NCBI GenBank assembly: GCA_963822965.1
Contig: CAWGJT010000010.1
Coordinates: 1,056,001-1,120,000, forward strand
DNA length: 64,000 bases
Origin: an uncultured delta proteobacterium
Lineage (GTDB): Bacteria > Myxococcota_A > UBA9160 > UBA4427
Reading direction: 5' to 3'
The notes under the pieces were generated by a model, which searched no databases, was not told where the DNA came from, and was given only the letters and a program-made list of their open reading frames with translations. Shown here piece by piece: positions 37,172 to 51,555 of this stretch (positions within the stretch are counted from its first letter, which is position 1; each line of letters begins with the position of its first letter). The translations under genes were made by a program, and so were the position numbers.

Positions 37172-37830
37172 GGCGTACCCGACGCAGACTGGCGACGGCC
37201 GCGACCGCAGCCGTCCTGGTGACGTCCGTGGCCACGGGGGGGCCCGCCGCCACGGGCGACTCGGCGCAGCCCGGCAGCTACTGCCCGTTTCCCGCGCAGG
37301 GCGAGAAGCCCGTCTGCTTCGCCGAGGTGGAGCACCAGTTCGGCGGCTTCCTCGAGGCCGTGGACGCCGGCGAGATCGACGCCGCCGAGCTCTCGGAGGT
37401 GGAGGACCAGCTCCAGCGCGGCCCGACCGAGGCCGAGCGCACCCTGGCGCTCTCGTCCCTCGCCTACGGGTACTTCATGCTGGCGGCGCGAGCCGCCGCC
37501 GCGGAACATCCGGATCCCGCCCTCGTCCAGCGCCTGCAGGGCTGGAACGAGCTGCTGGGCACGGTCTACGCCGACGCCCGCAGCGAGCCGAGCTTCCGGA
37601 CGGCCATTCGGGAGGCTGCCCGCGACCTGGACACCCGCGCACCGGCGGTGCTCGTGCCCTGTGAAGAGGCGGGTGCGAACCAGCCCTGCCGCTCGACCAG
37701 CGCGCTGCTCGATACCCTGCGCGGAATCGACGATCCCGAGGGTGAGTCGGGCGTCCGCGGCGCGCTCGGTCACCTTCTCGACCGCATCCTCGACGACCGG
37801 CGGCAGGACGAATCGCCGCCGAGCGACTAA
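37168..37830 (+). CDS. Hypothetical exported protein
   Basis: GTGA overlap with the upstream gene; Arg-rich signal peptide; two Cys pairs. Confidence 0.65.
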   Translation: MRRTRRRLATAATAAVLVTSVATGGPAATGDSAQPGSYCPFPAQGEKPVCFAEVEHQFGGFLEAVDAGEIDAAELSEVEDQLQRGPTEAERTLALSSLAYGYFMLAARAAAAEHPDPALVQRLQGWNELLGTVYADARSEPSFRTAIREAARDLDTRAPAVLVPCEEAGANQPCRSTSALLDTLRGIDDPEGESGVRGALGHLLDRILDDRRQDESPPSD

Positions 37831-37906
37831 GCTCCCCGCCTCCCGGAACGCGCCCTCCCCTGCCGATGTGCGAGTCGCTCGCCCATCCGACGGAGACCGC
37901 ATCCCC

Positions 37907-38482
37907 ATGGCCCCGACGAGCCGCACGTCCTTTCCCCGGCGCATGTGGCGTGCCTCGCTGCTGCACGCCGACACCTACGAAGAGGTGGAAGCAGACCGCG
38001 GCTCCATCGGCCAGGCCTTCGCGATCGTGCTGATGGCGAGCGGCGCCGGCGCTCTGGGCACCTGGATCCGCGTGGTCACGGGGCACCCGTTGCCCGGGAA
38101 CGCCCTGCCCCTGCCCCTGCACCTGGCGCTGATCGTGTTCGAGCCGCTCACCGTGTGGGTCGTGAGCTCGGCCTTCGCGTACATGGTGGGCGCGACGTTC
38201 CTGCGCGGGCCCGAGACCGAGACCGACTACGCGGAGGTGCTGCGCACCACCGGCTTCGCGTTCTCGCCCGGCCTGCTGCTCTTCTTCGTGTGGCTGCCGC
38301 CCGACGAGCTGGGGCTTGCGGCGTGGAGCCTCGGCCGGCTCTGGATCCTGGTGGCGGCCGTGGTGGCCGTGCGCCAGGCCCTCGACTTCACGACGGTGCG
38401 CGCCGTCGGCACCTTCGGCGCCGCCGCGCTGCTCATGTGGCTGGTGCTGTGGGGGCTCTCGGTGGCGCCGATTCCGCTGTGA
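37907..38482 (+). CDS. YIP1 family membrane protein
   Basis: RASLL...YEEVEAD...QAF, LRTTGFAFSPG, VAVRQALD. Confidence 0.85.
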   Translation: MAPTSRTSFPRRMWRASLLHADTYEEVEADRGSIGQAFAIVLMASGAGALGTWIRVVTGHPLPGNALPLPLHLALIVFEPLTVWVVSSAFAYMVGATFLRGPETETDYAEVLRTTGFAFSPGLLLFFVWLPPDELGLAAWSLGRLWILVAAVVAVRQALDFTTVRAVGTFGAAALLMWLVLWGLSVAPIPL

Positions 38483-38530
38483 GCGCCGGGGGCGCGGAAG
38501 ACTCGCGCCTCGATTCGTGGTGGTGAACCT

Positions 38531-39040
38531 TCAGATCTCGGCCACGAGCAGCGAGCGGATGGCCAGCAGCTCGTCCCGGATGCGCCGCAGCTCGTCCCGG
38601 GGGCCGTCGCCGCCCTCGCGAGCCGTGCCGGCGACGGCCAGCTCGGCCCGTGCCTCGCTGCCGAGCTCGCGAAGCCGCTTGCGGGCTCCGGCGATGGTGT
38701 AGCGCTCCTGGTAGAGCAGGCGCTTGATGGCCAGGATGGTCTCGATGTCCTTCTGCCGGTACAGGCGCTGCTTGGAGCGCGACTTCTGGGGCGCCATCAG
38801 GCGGAACTCGCTCTCCCAGTAGCGTAGGACGTAGGGCTTCACGCCCGTGATCTGGCTCACCTCGCCGATACGGTAGTAGAGCTTGCCGTCCTTCAGGGCG
38901 CTCAGATCTTCGGGCTCGACGTCGTCGTCGGCCGGCGGTCCTGCGCTGGGCTCGGCTTCGGGCGCCGTGCGGCCCACCGCGGCCGACGGGCGTGCGGCGG
39001 GCTTGCGGCCCGACCGCCTGGAGGTCTTCTTCCTGGCCAT
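38531..39040 (-). CDS. MerR family regulator (ihfA-linked)
   Basis: KLYYRIGEVS...YVLRYWESEF..P.K...RLY...IKRLLY...TIAGARK. Confidence 0.92.
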   Translation of the reverse strand: MARKKTSRRSGRKPAARPSAAVGRTAPEAEPSAGPPADDDVEPEDLSALKDGKLYYRIGEVSQITGVKPYVLRYWESEFRLMAPQKSRSKQRLYRQKDIETILAIKRLLYQERYTIAGARKRLRELGSEARAELAVAGTAREGGDGPRDELRRIRDELLAIRSLLVAEI

Positions 39041-39074
39041 GACACCCCCTCCCCCACGCGGGGGGCTCGATGGA

Positions 39075-39386
39075 TCAGGACTGCACGCCCGCGTCTTCGC
39101 CGTCGGCGCCTTCCTCGTTGAGGACGTTCTTCAGCACCAGGCTCGGCTTGAAGGTGAGCACCTTGCGGGCCTCGAGCAGGATCTCCTGCCCCGTCTGGGG
39201 ATTGCGGCCCTTGCGGGCGTTCTTGTGGCGTACGACGAAGTTGCCGAAGCCGGAGATCTTCACCTTCTCGCCCTGGGCGAGGGTCTCCTTGATGACGTCG
39301 AAAACCTTCTCGACGAGCTCGGCTGCCTCCTTTTTCGAGAAGCCGACTCGCTCATAGATCTGCTCGACGATCTCCGCCTTGGTCAT
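39075..39386 (-). CDS. ihfA: Integration host factor alpha
   Basis: MTKAEIVE...VKISGFGNF...RKGRNPQTG...VLTFKPS. Confidence 0.95.
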   Translation of the reverse strand: MTKAEIVEQIYERVGFSKKEAAELVEKVFDVIKETLAQGEKVKISGFGNFVVRHKNARKGRNPQTGQEILLEARKVLTFKPSLVLKNVLNEEGADGEDAGVQS

Positions 39387-39442
39387 GGTCGCCCCCTCCG
39401 TTCCCGGATCGAGTCGCGATTCGCGTCCCTCGGCCCGAGTGC

Positions 39443-39799
39443 TCAGGCCGCCTCTCGCTTCGCCAGCGTCGCCAGCTCGCCGAACCCCTTCGGATCCTCG
39501 ATGGCGAGCTGCGCCAGGATCTTGCGATCCACCTCGACGCCCGCCTTGTGGAGACCGTCGATCAGCCGGCTGTACGAGAGACCGTGCTCCCGCGCGGCGG
39601 CGTTGATGCGGGCGATCCACAGGACCCGGAACTGCCGCTTGCGCTGCTTGCGCCCGGCGTAGGCGTACTTGGCGGCCTTCTCCACCGCCTCGCGTGCCAC
39701 GGGGTAGAGCTTGCTTCGCGCGCCGGAGTAGCCGCGGGCCTTCTTGAGTACGCGCCGCCGTCGCTTGCGCGCGGCAACGCTTCGTTTCACACGAGCCAT
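39443..39799 (-). CDS. rplT: 50S ribosomal protein L20
   Basis: MARVKR...[16 protein letters not shown]...DRKILA. Confidence 0.98.
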   Translation of the reverse strand: MARVKRSVAARKRRRRVLKKARGYSGARSKLYPVAREAVEKAAKYAYAGRKQRKRQFRVLWIARINAAAREHGLSYSRLIDGLHKAGVEVDRKILAQLAIEDPKGFGELATLAKREAA

Positions 39800-39832
39800 G
39801 TCGTCCTCTCTCTCTCGCCCTTCCGGGCGGGT

Positions 39833-40030
39833 CTACAGGTACGGAAGCATCTTCCGCACGCGGCGCTCGTCCGCGTCGGAGATGAGCGCGTCCTGTCGCA
39901 GGCTGCGCTTCCGCTTGGTGGTCTTCTTGGTCAGGATGTGCTGCTTGTTCGCCTTCTGCCGGGCGATCTTGCCCGAGCCGGTCTTCTTGAACCGCTTGGC
40001 CGCACCCCGGTGCGATTTCATCTTCGGCAC
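39833..40030 (-). CDS. rpmI: 50S ribosomal protein L35
   Basis: [20 protein letters not shown]...HILTKK; GTG start. Confidence 0.97.
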   Translation of the reverse strand: MPKMKSHRGAAKRFKKTGSGKIARQKANKQHILTKKTTKRKRSLRQDALISDADERRVRKMLPYL

Positions 40031-40038
40031 GTCGTCTC

Positions 40039-40761
40039 CTATTCGGCCTCTTCGGCCGCACCCGTCTCGGCGCCGGCCTGCGCGGCCGGGGCCTTCTCTT
40101 CCTCCGCCCCGGCGTCCTCGCCTTCCCCGGCCTCGGCCCGGGCCGCCTCTGCCTCGGCCTCCGCCTTGGCCTGCTTCTCGGCCTGCTCGGCCACCCGCTT
40201 CGCCTCCGCCACGGCCTCGCGGTCCGCGACGACGATCATGGACATGAAGCGCCCTTCCATCCGCGGCGAGGTCTCTAGCTTCGCCAGCGGCTTCAGGTGC
40301 TCCATCACCTGCTCGAGCTGCGCGCGCCCCCGATACGTGTGGACCATCTCCCGGCCCCGGAACATGACCGTGATCTTGACCTTGTCCCCGTCCATCAGGA
40401 AGCGCCGCGCGTTGTTCAGCTTGAACTCCAGGTCGTGCATGTCCGTGCCCGGCCGGAGCTTCACTTCCTTCAGGGTGGCCGCGTGCGCCTTCTTCTGCGC
40501 GCCCGCCCGCTTCTTCTTCTGCTCGTACTTGTAGCGACCGTAGTCCATGATGCGACACACGGGCGGCTTGGAGTTGGCGGCGACCTCCACGAGATCGAGT
40601 CCGGCTTCCCGGGCCTTCTCGAGCGCTTCCTCGGGCGTCATCACCCCGAGCTGCTCGCTGTCGGCGCCGATCACCCGAACTTCCCTCACGCGGATTCGCT
40701 CGTTGACCCGGGTCGTGTCCTTCTCCGGGGATACGATTCGAAATTTGGCTCGAGCAGCGAT
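40039..40761 (-). CDS. infC: Translation initiation factor IF-3, probable AUC start, Ala/Glu-rich C-terminal extension
   Basis: [44 protein letters not shown]; in-frame ATC 7 nt after GGAGG. Confidence 0.95.
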   Translation of the reverse strand: MAARAKFRIVSPEKDTTRVNERIRVREVRVIGADSEQLGVMTPEEALEKAREAGLDLVEVAANSKPPVCRIMDYGRYKYEQKKKRAGAQKKAHAATLKEVKLRPGTDMHDLEFKLNNARRFLMDGDKVKITVMFRGREMVHTYRGRAQLEQVMEHLKPLAKLETSPRMEGRFMSMIVVADREAVAEAKRVAEQAEKQAKAEAEAEAARAEAGEGEDAGAEEEKAPAAQAGAETGAAEEAE

Positions 40762-40785
40762 TTCCGTTCCTCCCTTACCGTGGTT

Positions 40786-42754
40786 TCAGTGCAGCGGTGC
40801 CGCGCGCCGCTCGCCGACGGATTCGACGAGCTGTGCGACCAACGTCTCGACGTCGGCCGCTTCCCGGGACTGCTTGCCGGCATGGCGCAGCCTCGGGGTG
40901 ACGGTTCCGCTCTCCATTTCCTTGTCCCCGATCACGAGCATCAGCGGAATCTTCTGGACCTCCGCCTCGCGAATCTTGAAGCCCAGCGTCTCGCTGCGCT
41001 CGTCGAGCTGCCCGCGCAGGCCCGCCTCCATCAGACGGGACGCCACCCGGGCGGCGAACTCGTGCTGACGCTCGGAGATCGGCAGGATCGCCACCTGGAC
41101 GGGCGCGAGCCAGAACGGGAAGTCTCCCCCCGTGTGCTCGATGTAGATGGCCAGGAAGCGCTCCAGGGAGCCCAGGATCGCCCGGTGCAGCATGGCGGGC
41201 TGGTGCAGCTCGCCGTCCCGGCCCACGTAGCGAAGGCCGAAGCGCCCCGGCATCGCCATGTCGATCTGGATCGTCCCGAGCGTCCAGGTGCGTCCCAGCA
41301 CGTCCTTGAAGTCGGCCTCGACCTTGGGCGCATAGAAGGCGGCCTCGCCGGGCTTGATCCGGCAGGCGTAGCCCGCCCCCTCCACCGCCTCGATCAACGT
41401 CCGCTCGCCGGCGTCCCAGTCCTCGGCGCGGCCCAGGAACTCGTCGGGCCGGGTGGAGACCGCCATGTCGACGCCTCCCGAGGCCCAGCACGCTGTAGAC
41501 CTCCTCGACCATCCGGAAGAAGAGGTGGACCTCGGCGGTCACCTGGTCCGGCTCGCAGAAGACGTGGGCGTCGTCCTGGGCCATCGAACGCACCCGCGCG
41601 AGGCCGGTCAGGGTGCCGCTCCGCTCGTTGCGGTGGAGCCGCGAGAACTCGGCGAAGCGCAGGGGCAGGTCGCGGTACGAGCGCTTCTTCAGCTGGAAGA
41701 TCGCGCAGTGGCCGGGGCAGTTCGTCGCCTTGACGCCGATCTCTTCGTTCTCGTCCTCTCCCTGCGAAGAAGTACATGTCGTCATGGAACATCTCGTAGT
41801 GGCCGGAGGTCTTGAAGAGCTCGGCGCGGCAGAGCTGCGGCGTCATGACTTCCTGGAAGCCGTTCTTCGGATACAGGGTGCGGATGTAGTCCGTGAGGCC
41901 GTTGTAGAGCGTCATGCCCTTGGGCAGATAGAAGGGCGAGCCGGGCGCCACGCGGGTCGATGATGGAAGAGCTCGAGGGCGGCGCCGACCCGGCGATGGT
42001 CGCGGGCTCGGGCCTCCTCGATGCGCGCCAGGTGGGCCTTCAGCTCCTTCGCGGTGGCGAAGGCCGTGCCGTAGATGCGCTGGAGCTTGGGGCCCCGCTC
42101 GTCGCCGCGGAAGTAGGAGCCGGAGGTCTCGAGCAGGCGGACCGCGCCGATCTGATCGGCGCGCTGCACGTGGGGCCCCCGGCACAGATCGACGAACTCG
42201 CCGTGCTGGAAGAGCGTGATCTCCTGGCCCTCGGGGATGTCGTCGAGGCGCTGGAGCTTCAGCTCCTCGCCCATCTCGGAGAAGCGGCGGCGGGCTTCCT
42301 CGCGGCTGACCACGAGGCGCTCGAAGCGCGCGTTCTCCGCCACGATGTCGTTCATCTTCTTCTCGATCCGCTCGACGTCTTCCGGCGTGAAGGGCTCGTC
42401 CACCAGGAAGTCGTACTGGAACTTCTCGGAGTGGTCCGCACGCCCCGCGTCCACCTGGGCGTTGGGGAAGAGGCGCTTCACGGCGTCCGCCATCACGTGC
42501 TCGGCGGAATGCCGGATGACGTCGCCGCCTGCGGAATCGCGGCTCGTCACGATCTCGATCGCCACGTCCTGCTCGATCGGCTGCCGCAGGTCCACCAGCC
42601 GGCCGTCGATCCGCCCGGCGAGCGCGGCCTTCGCGAGGCCGGGACCGATCTTCTCGGCCACCTCGAGAACCGTCGCGCCACGGGGCATCGCCAGCGTCTT
42701 GCCGTCGGGCAGACGAACGTCGATGGAGCCTTCGGCTCCGCTTCCCGGGCTCAT
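40786..42754 (-). CDS. thrS: Threonine--tRNA ligase (apparent frameshifts)
   Basis: RHSAEHVMA, DLCRGPHV, LQRIYGTAF, RDHR, NCPGHC, HRNERSG, FYAPK, HRAILGSLERF in successive frames. Confidence 0.95.
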
Positions 42755-42864
42755 GAACGACGGTGGCTCATGGAACGAATCGCATCCTGTCCCGCGCTCG
42801 GCGGCCTCCCCGGCGGCATGCCCCCTTGCGGGGCGCGCACCGGGCCGGGACGCTGAAGCGACAG

Positions 42865-42940
42865 TGGTAGGCACGAGCGGGATCGAACCGCCGACCTCCG
42901 CCGTGTCAAGGCGGCGCTCTAGCCGCTGAGCTACGTGCCT
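42865..42940 (-). tRNA. tRNA-Val(GAC)
   Basis: AGGCACGTAGCTCAGCGGCTAGAGCGCCGCCTT-GAC-ACGGCGGAGGTCGGCGGTTCGATCCCGCTCGTGCCTACCA. Confidence 0.97.
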
Positions 42941-42960
42941 AAAACCAGCTAACGAGGCGG

Positions 42961-42990
42961 AACATTTACCGTTTCGGCCCGTGCTGTCAA
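42961..42990 (-). promoter_or_regulatory. Putative sigma70 promoter for tRNA-Val/thrS
   Basis: TTGACA (42990-42985) followed after 16-17 nt by AT-rich TAAATGT. Confidence 0.55.
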
Positions 42991-43093
42991 TTGCCGGAGC
43001 GACAGGGATGCGGGCTGCCTGCGCATTTCCCTCTGGGGAAGCTCCTGGCCCCGGGGAGCCGGCCGGCGGCCACGATCCCTGCGGCTCGAGCCG

Positions 43094-43903
43094 TCATCTG
43101 TCGCGGGCGTCCGGAGGCGACGTCCACTCCACGCTCACGACCGCGCGGCCCTCCTCCACCTCCAGCGGGCGCACCCGCAGCTGGGGGGGACCCAACGCCA
43201 CCAGCTGGTCGACGAGGGGGCCGGCCCCGCCCGCGTCCAGCGGGAGGTCGACCGCCAGCACCGCCACGCCCCGGTCGAACTGCAGCGGCACGGCCGTCCG
43301 CGCCCCGCAGCGCTCGACGATCAGGGCCCGGACGGCCGCGTAGGCCCCGTAGGCGTCCAGGCCGCGCACCTCCAGGGTCACCCGGTCCACGGCGTCGGCC
43401 AGGGGATCGCGCCGCAGCAGCCCTGCGTCGATCAGGCGCTGCTGCACCCGGTCGGCGTCCACGAAGACCTCGACGACCACCACGTACTCGCTCTTGACCC
43501 GGGGGGCGTCGGCGAACATGGCGGGGCGCAGCCCCTTGTCGTCGAGCACCTTGAAGCGGGTCGTGTAGGGCACCATGCGGTCGCCCAGCACCTTCTCGAG
43601 ATCGGGCTCCTGGGCCTCCCCGGACTCCGCCGGCTCGACATCCATCAGGAAGCTGCGCGCCACCCGGGTGACCGCTTCCTCGAGAGCCGCCTGGATGGCG
43701 GCGTCCACGGCGCCCGCCGTCCCGCTTCCGGCCCGCAGGGGCACCACGCCCACGGCCTCGATCCGACGGACCTCGGCACCCGCCGTTCCCGCCACCAGGA
43801 GCGTCGCCAGGCCGGCCAGCAGCAGGGCCCGGCGCCGTCGGCCCGCCGTGTCCGACGGGGGGTCCGCGAAGGGCACGCAGGTACAGGGCATCCGGTTCCT
43901 CAC
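43094..43903 (-). CDS. Hypothetical exported protein downstream of dnaE
   Basis: RRRRALLLAGLATLLVAGTAGA signal; start GTG 43903 (overlapping the dnaE stop) or ATG 43891. Confidence 0.7.
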   Translation of the reverse strand: MRNRMPCTCVPFADPPSDTAGRRRRALLLAGLATLLVAGTAGAEVRRIEAVGVVPLRAGSGTAGAVDAAIQAALEEAVTRVARSFLMDVEPAESGEAQEPDLEKVLGDRMVPYTTRFKVLDDKGLRPAMFADAPRVKSEYVVVVEVFVDADRVQQRLIDAGLLRRDPLADAVDRVTLEVRGLDAYGAYAAVRALIVERCGARTAVPLQFDRGVAVLAVDLPLDAGGAGPLVDQLVALGPPQLRVRPLEVEEGRAVVSVEWTSPPDARDR

Positions 43904-46900
43904 AGTCCCGTCTCCGATACGACGCGCCCGAAGAGGCCGTCGAGCTTCCGGCGCAGGCCGTCGCTGGGATCGACCCCCCGCACGCTGCCCACGGCGAGGA
44001 CGGTCTCCGTCTCGCCGGGAATGGTGATGTGCAGATACACCGCGCAGTCGCCGGTGTGCGCCTTCAGCACGTCGCGCATCGCCACCAGGCGGTCGTTGGT
44101 GAGCTCGCTCTCGCGAACGCGCACGCGCAGGGCGGTGGTGAGCTTCTGCTCGGCCTCCGAGAGCGGCAGCACGTCGCGCACGAGGATCTTCGGCGGATCG
44201 CCCCCTTCGAGGGTTCCCGACACCACCAGCGGGACGGGATCGCCGCCGTCTCCCGACCTTGACCCGCTGCAGCAGCTCCAGGTGCTGCGCGTAGGGCTCG
44301 GAGAAGATCACGAGGTCGAAGCTCCCCTCCAGGTCCTCCAGGGTGCCGAAGCCCATGCGCTGGCCCCGGCGCGTCCGCGTCTCGCGCAGGCCGACGAGGA
44401 GCCCGCCGGCGCGAACCTCCCGGCCCTCGCGCCCGGCGGTGGTGGTCGACGTCACGTCGGTGAAGCGGGCCAGGTCCCGCGCCACGGCGCCCAGGGGGTG
44501 GCCCGTGACGTAGAAGCCGAGCAGCTCCTTCTCGTAGGCGAGCAGCTCGCGCTCGGTCCAGGGCGGCACCTCCGCCAGGCGGGGCTCGTCGAGGGCGTCG
44601 GCGCCCGTCAGCGATGCCGAACAGGCTCTCCTGGCCGATCGAACGGTCGCGCTGGGCGGCGGCGCCCCGCTCCAGCGCGGCGTCGAGGGAGCACCAGACC
44701 GCGTTGCGGTTCGGATGCAGTTCGTCGAAGGCGCCGCACTTCACCAGGGCTTCGACCACCCGGCGGTTCACCCGGCGTCCGTCGATGCGGTCGACGAAGT
44801 CGAAGAGGCTCTCGAAACGGCCGCCGGACTCGCGCGCCTCGATGATGTGGTCGACCGCCGCCGCACCCACGTTCTTGATGCCCGCGAAGCCGAAGCGGAT
44901 GGCGTCCTCGCCGTCCGACTCCACCACGCAGAAGTTGCGGCTCGACTCGTTCACGTCCGGCGGCAGGATGGCGATGCCGCGCTCGCGGCAGTGCGCGATG
45001 TAGCGCGAGAGCTTGTCGTGGTTCGCGGACTCGATGGTGAGCAGCGCCGCCAGGAACTCGTGCGGATGGTTCGCCTTGAGATAGGCGGTCTGGTAGACGA
45101 TCAGCGCGTAGGCCACCGCGTGGGCCTTCGGGAACGCCGTAGGCGGCGAACTCGGCGATCTGGTCGAAGAGCACCGCGGCCTTCGCCCGATCGATGCCGC
45201 GCGGGCGGCGGCGCCTTCGACGAAGCGCGACTTCTGCTCCGCCATCACCTCGGGCTTCTTCTTGCCCATGGCGCGGCGCAGCAGGTCGGCCTCGCCCAGG
45301 GAGTAGCCCGCCACCACCTGGGCGATCTGCAGCACCTGGTCCTGGTAGCAGATGACGCCCGAGCGTCTCCGCGGTCACCTCCTCGAGCTCCGGGAAGCGG
45401 GTACTCGACCTTCGTCACGCCGTTCCGGCGGTTGATGTAGTCCTCCACCATGCCCGAGCCCAGCGGGCCCGGCCGGTAGAGCGCGATCAGCGGGGCGAGC
45501 TCCTGGAAGATGCGCGGCTTCTGGCGCATCACGCAGGTCGGTCATGCCGCTGGACTCGACCTGGAACACGCCCTCGGTGTCGCCGGCGCACAGCATGTCG
45601 AAGGTCTTCTCGTCGTCGAGCGGGATCGCCTCGTAGCGAAACTCCGGATCGCGACGCTCGCGGATCATCGCCTCGGCGTCGGCCATCACGGTGAGGGTGC
45701 GGAGGCCGAGGAAGTCGAACTTGATCAGGCCCACCTTCTCGACGCAGCGACATGTTGTACTGGGACATCACGTCGCCCGACTTCGGGTCGCGGTAGAGCG
45801 GCACCAGCTCGATCAGCGGCCGGTTGCCGATCACCACGCCGGCGGCGTGCTTCGAGGCGTGGCGCGTCAGGCCCTCGAGGTTCGAGCGCCGTCTCGATCA
45901 GCTGCTGCACCTGCCCGTCGGAGTCGATGCGCGAGCGCAGCTCGGGCGACTGCGCGATGGAGTCCGACAGCGTGATGCCGAGCACGTCGGGGACGAGCTT
46001 CGCGACCCGGTCGACGTCGGCGAAGGACATGCCGAGCACGCGGCCCGACGTCGCGGATCGCGGCCCGCGCCTGGAGCGTCCCGAAGGTCACGATCTGGGC
46101 GACCGTCACCTCGTCGAAGCGGCCCTCGATGTTCTGGCCGTCGTCCGGCGGTCGGCCGGATCCGTACTTGTCCGCCACGTAGCGGATCACCTGGTCGCGG
46201 CCCCGCATGCAGAAGTCGACGTCGATGTCCGGCATCGACACGCGCTCGGGGTTCAGGAAGCGCTCGAAGATGATGTCCGTAGTGCGAGCGGATCGACGCC
46301 GGTGATGCCCATGCCGTAGGCGACCAGGCTGCCCGCCGAGGAGCCGCGCCCCGGCCCCACCGGGATGCCGTTGCGCTTCGCGTAGTTGATGAAGTCGGCG
46401 ACGATCAGGAAGTAGCCGGCGAAGCCCATCTCTCGGATCACCGCCGAGCTCGTGCTTCATGCGGTCCGCGTACTCGGCGTTCTCGAAGGGCTCGTCGGGC
46501 GACGAGGCCGAGCCGCTCGCGCAGGCCCGACCAGGCCTGCTCCTCCATCACCTCGTCGAGGGTCTTGCCCGCCGGCACCTGGAACTCGGGCATGTGGTAC
46601 GTGCCCATGGGGATCTCGAGGTTGCAGCGCTCGGCGATCTGCGAGGGCGTTCTCGATGGCCGACGGGTGGTCGTGGAAGACCTCCCGCATCTCGTCCCCG
46701 TCCTTCACGTAGAAGCCGTGGCCGTCGAACTTGAAGCGCTTCGGGTCGTCGAGGTTCGCAGCGGTGCCGATGCAGAGCAGCGCGTCGTGGTGGCGCGTGG
46801 TCGTGTGCTGCAGGTAGTGGGCGTCGTTGGTGGCGACCAGCGGGATGCCGAGGTCCGCCGACATCTTCACGAGCTCGGCGTTCACCTGGTCCTGGGCGGC

Positions 46901-47462
46901 GATGCCGTGGCGCTGCATCTCGAGGTAGTAGCGGTCGCCGAAGATGCCCTGGAAGTCCTCGGCCACGCGTCCAGGCGCGGTCGACCTCGCCCAGCAGGAT
47001 CGCCCGGGGCACCGGCGCCGAAAGGCAGCCCGAGGTGGCGATCAGCCCCTCGCTGCGCTGCGCGCAGCAGGTCCATGTCGATGCGCGGCTTGTAGTAGAA
47101 GCCCTCGAGGTAGCCCTTCGAGACGAGGTACATCAGGTTCCGGTAGCCGGTCTCGTTCATCGCCAGCAGCAGCAGGTGGTTGATGGCGTCGAAGCCGTCC
47201 TCCGTCGCGCTCGCGCTTCTCCTTCGTCGAAGCGGCGAGCCGGCCCGCGATGTAGACCTCGCAGCCGATGATCGGCTTGACGCCGTTGGCGCGCGCCTTC
47301 TCGTAGAACTCGACGGTGCCGAAGAGGTTGCCGTGGTCGGTCTGCGCCACGGCCGGCATGTTCAGCGCCTTGGCGCGCTCGAAGAGCGGATTGTGCTTGA
47401 TCGCGCCGTCGAGCAGCGAGTACTGCGTGTGCAGGTGCAGGTGGACGAACGGGCTTGGGCAA
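43900..47462 (-). CDS. dnaE: DNA polymerase III alpha subunit (many apparent frameshifts)
   Basis: [76 protein letters not shown]. Confidence 0.95.
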
Positions 47463-47469
47463 GGCCCGG

Positions 47470-50901
<3,432 letters not shown>

Positions 50902-51069
50902 CCGTTTCGCAGGGCTGGCCGGCCTGGCCGACTGGCCTGCCGGCTCGTCCTTCGGCTCGGCTCTCGGCTCGGCCTTCAGCTCGACCTTCGGCCCGATTTC
51001 CAGCTCGTGTTTCGATGACGGGACCGACCACGGTAGACGCCCCCCCGACGCGTATCGCCCTGGCGCCCG

Positions 51070-51098
51070 AGGGTAGGTCCGCGCTCCGGGAGGGTCAA
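51070..51098 (-). promoter_or_regulatory. Putative sigma70 promoter for guaBA
   Basis: TTGACC-17 nt-TACCCT on the minus strand. Confidence 0.5.
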
Positions 51099-51120
51099 CC
51101 GAAGGCGCCGCCCGCCACCC

Positions 51121-51555
51121 TCAGCCGAGCTGCGCGGTGAGCGGATCGAGAGCCTCCCGCAGCAGCGAGGCCAGGTCCTGGGCGATGGCTTCCGTGAGCC
51201 GGCAAGCGGTGCGCGGGTAGTCCTCGACCAAACGGCGGTATGCCGTGCGCTCGAGCACCAGCACCTCGCAGGTCTCCTCGGCCTTCGCGGTGGCCTCGCG
51301 CTGCCCCATGGCCAGCAGAGCGGCGCCGCCGAGCACGCTGCCCTCGCCGACAGTGCCGAGATCGGCCCGGCGCTGGCTCGAGAGGCGCACCGTGCCCGAG
51401 ACGATGAACACCAGGCTGTCCGCCTCGGCGGTCTCCCGGAACACCGAGCGTCCCGGGCGGAAGCTCTGGGGCTCGAGCAGGTCGAAGAGCACCTCGCGAT
51501 CGTCGTCGGAGAGCTCTGCCAGCAGGGGGAAGCGCTTCAGATCGGAGGGGGTCAT
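51121..51555 (-). CDS. Stand-alone cyclic-nucleotide-binding domain protein
   Basis: LKRFPLLAELS...VFRE...IVSGTV...REATAKA; the conserved GE is replaced by GG. Confidence 0.85.
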   Translation of the reverse strand: MTPSDLKRFPLLAELSDDDREVLFDLLEPQSFRPGRSVFRETAEADSLVFIVSGTVRLSSQRRADLGTVGEGSVLGGAALLAMGQREATAKAEETCEVLVLERTAYRRLVEDYPRTACRLTEAIAQDLASLLREALDPLTAQLG

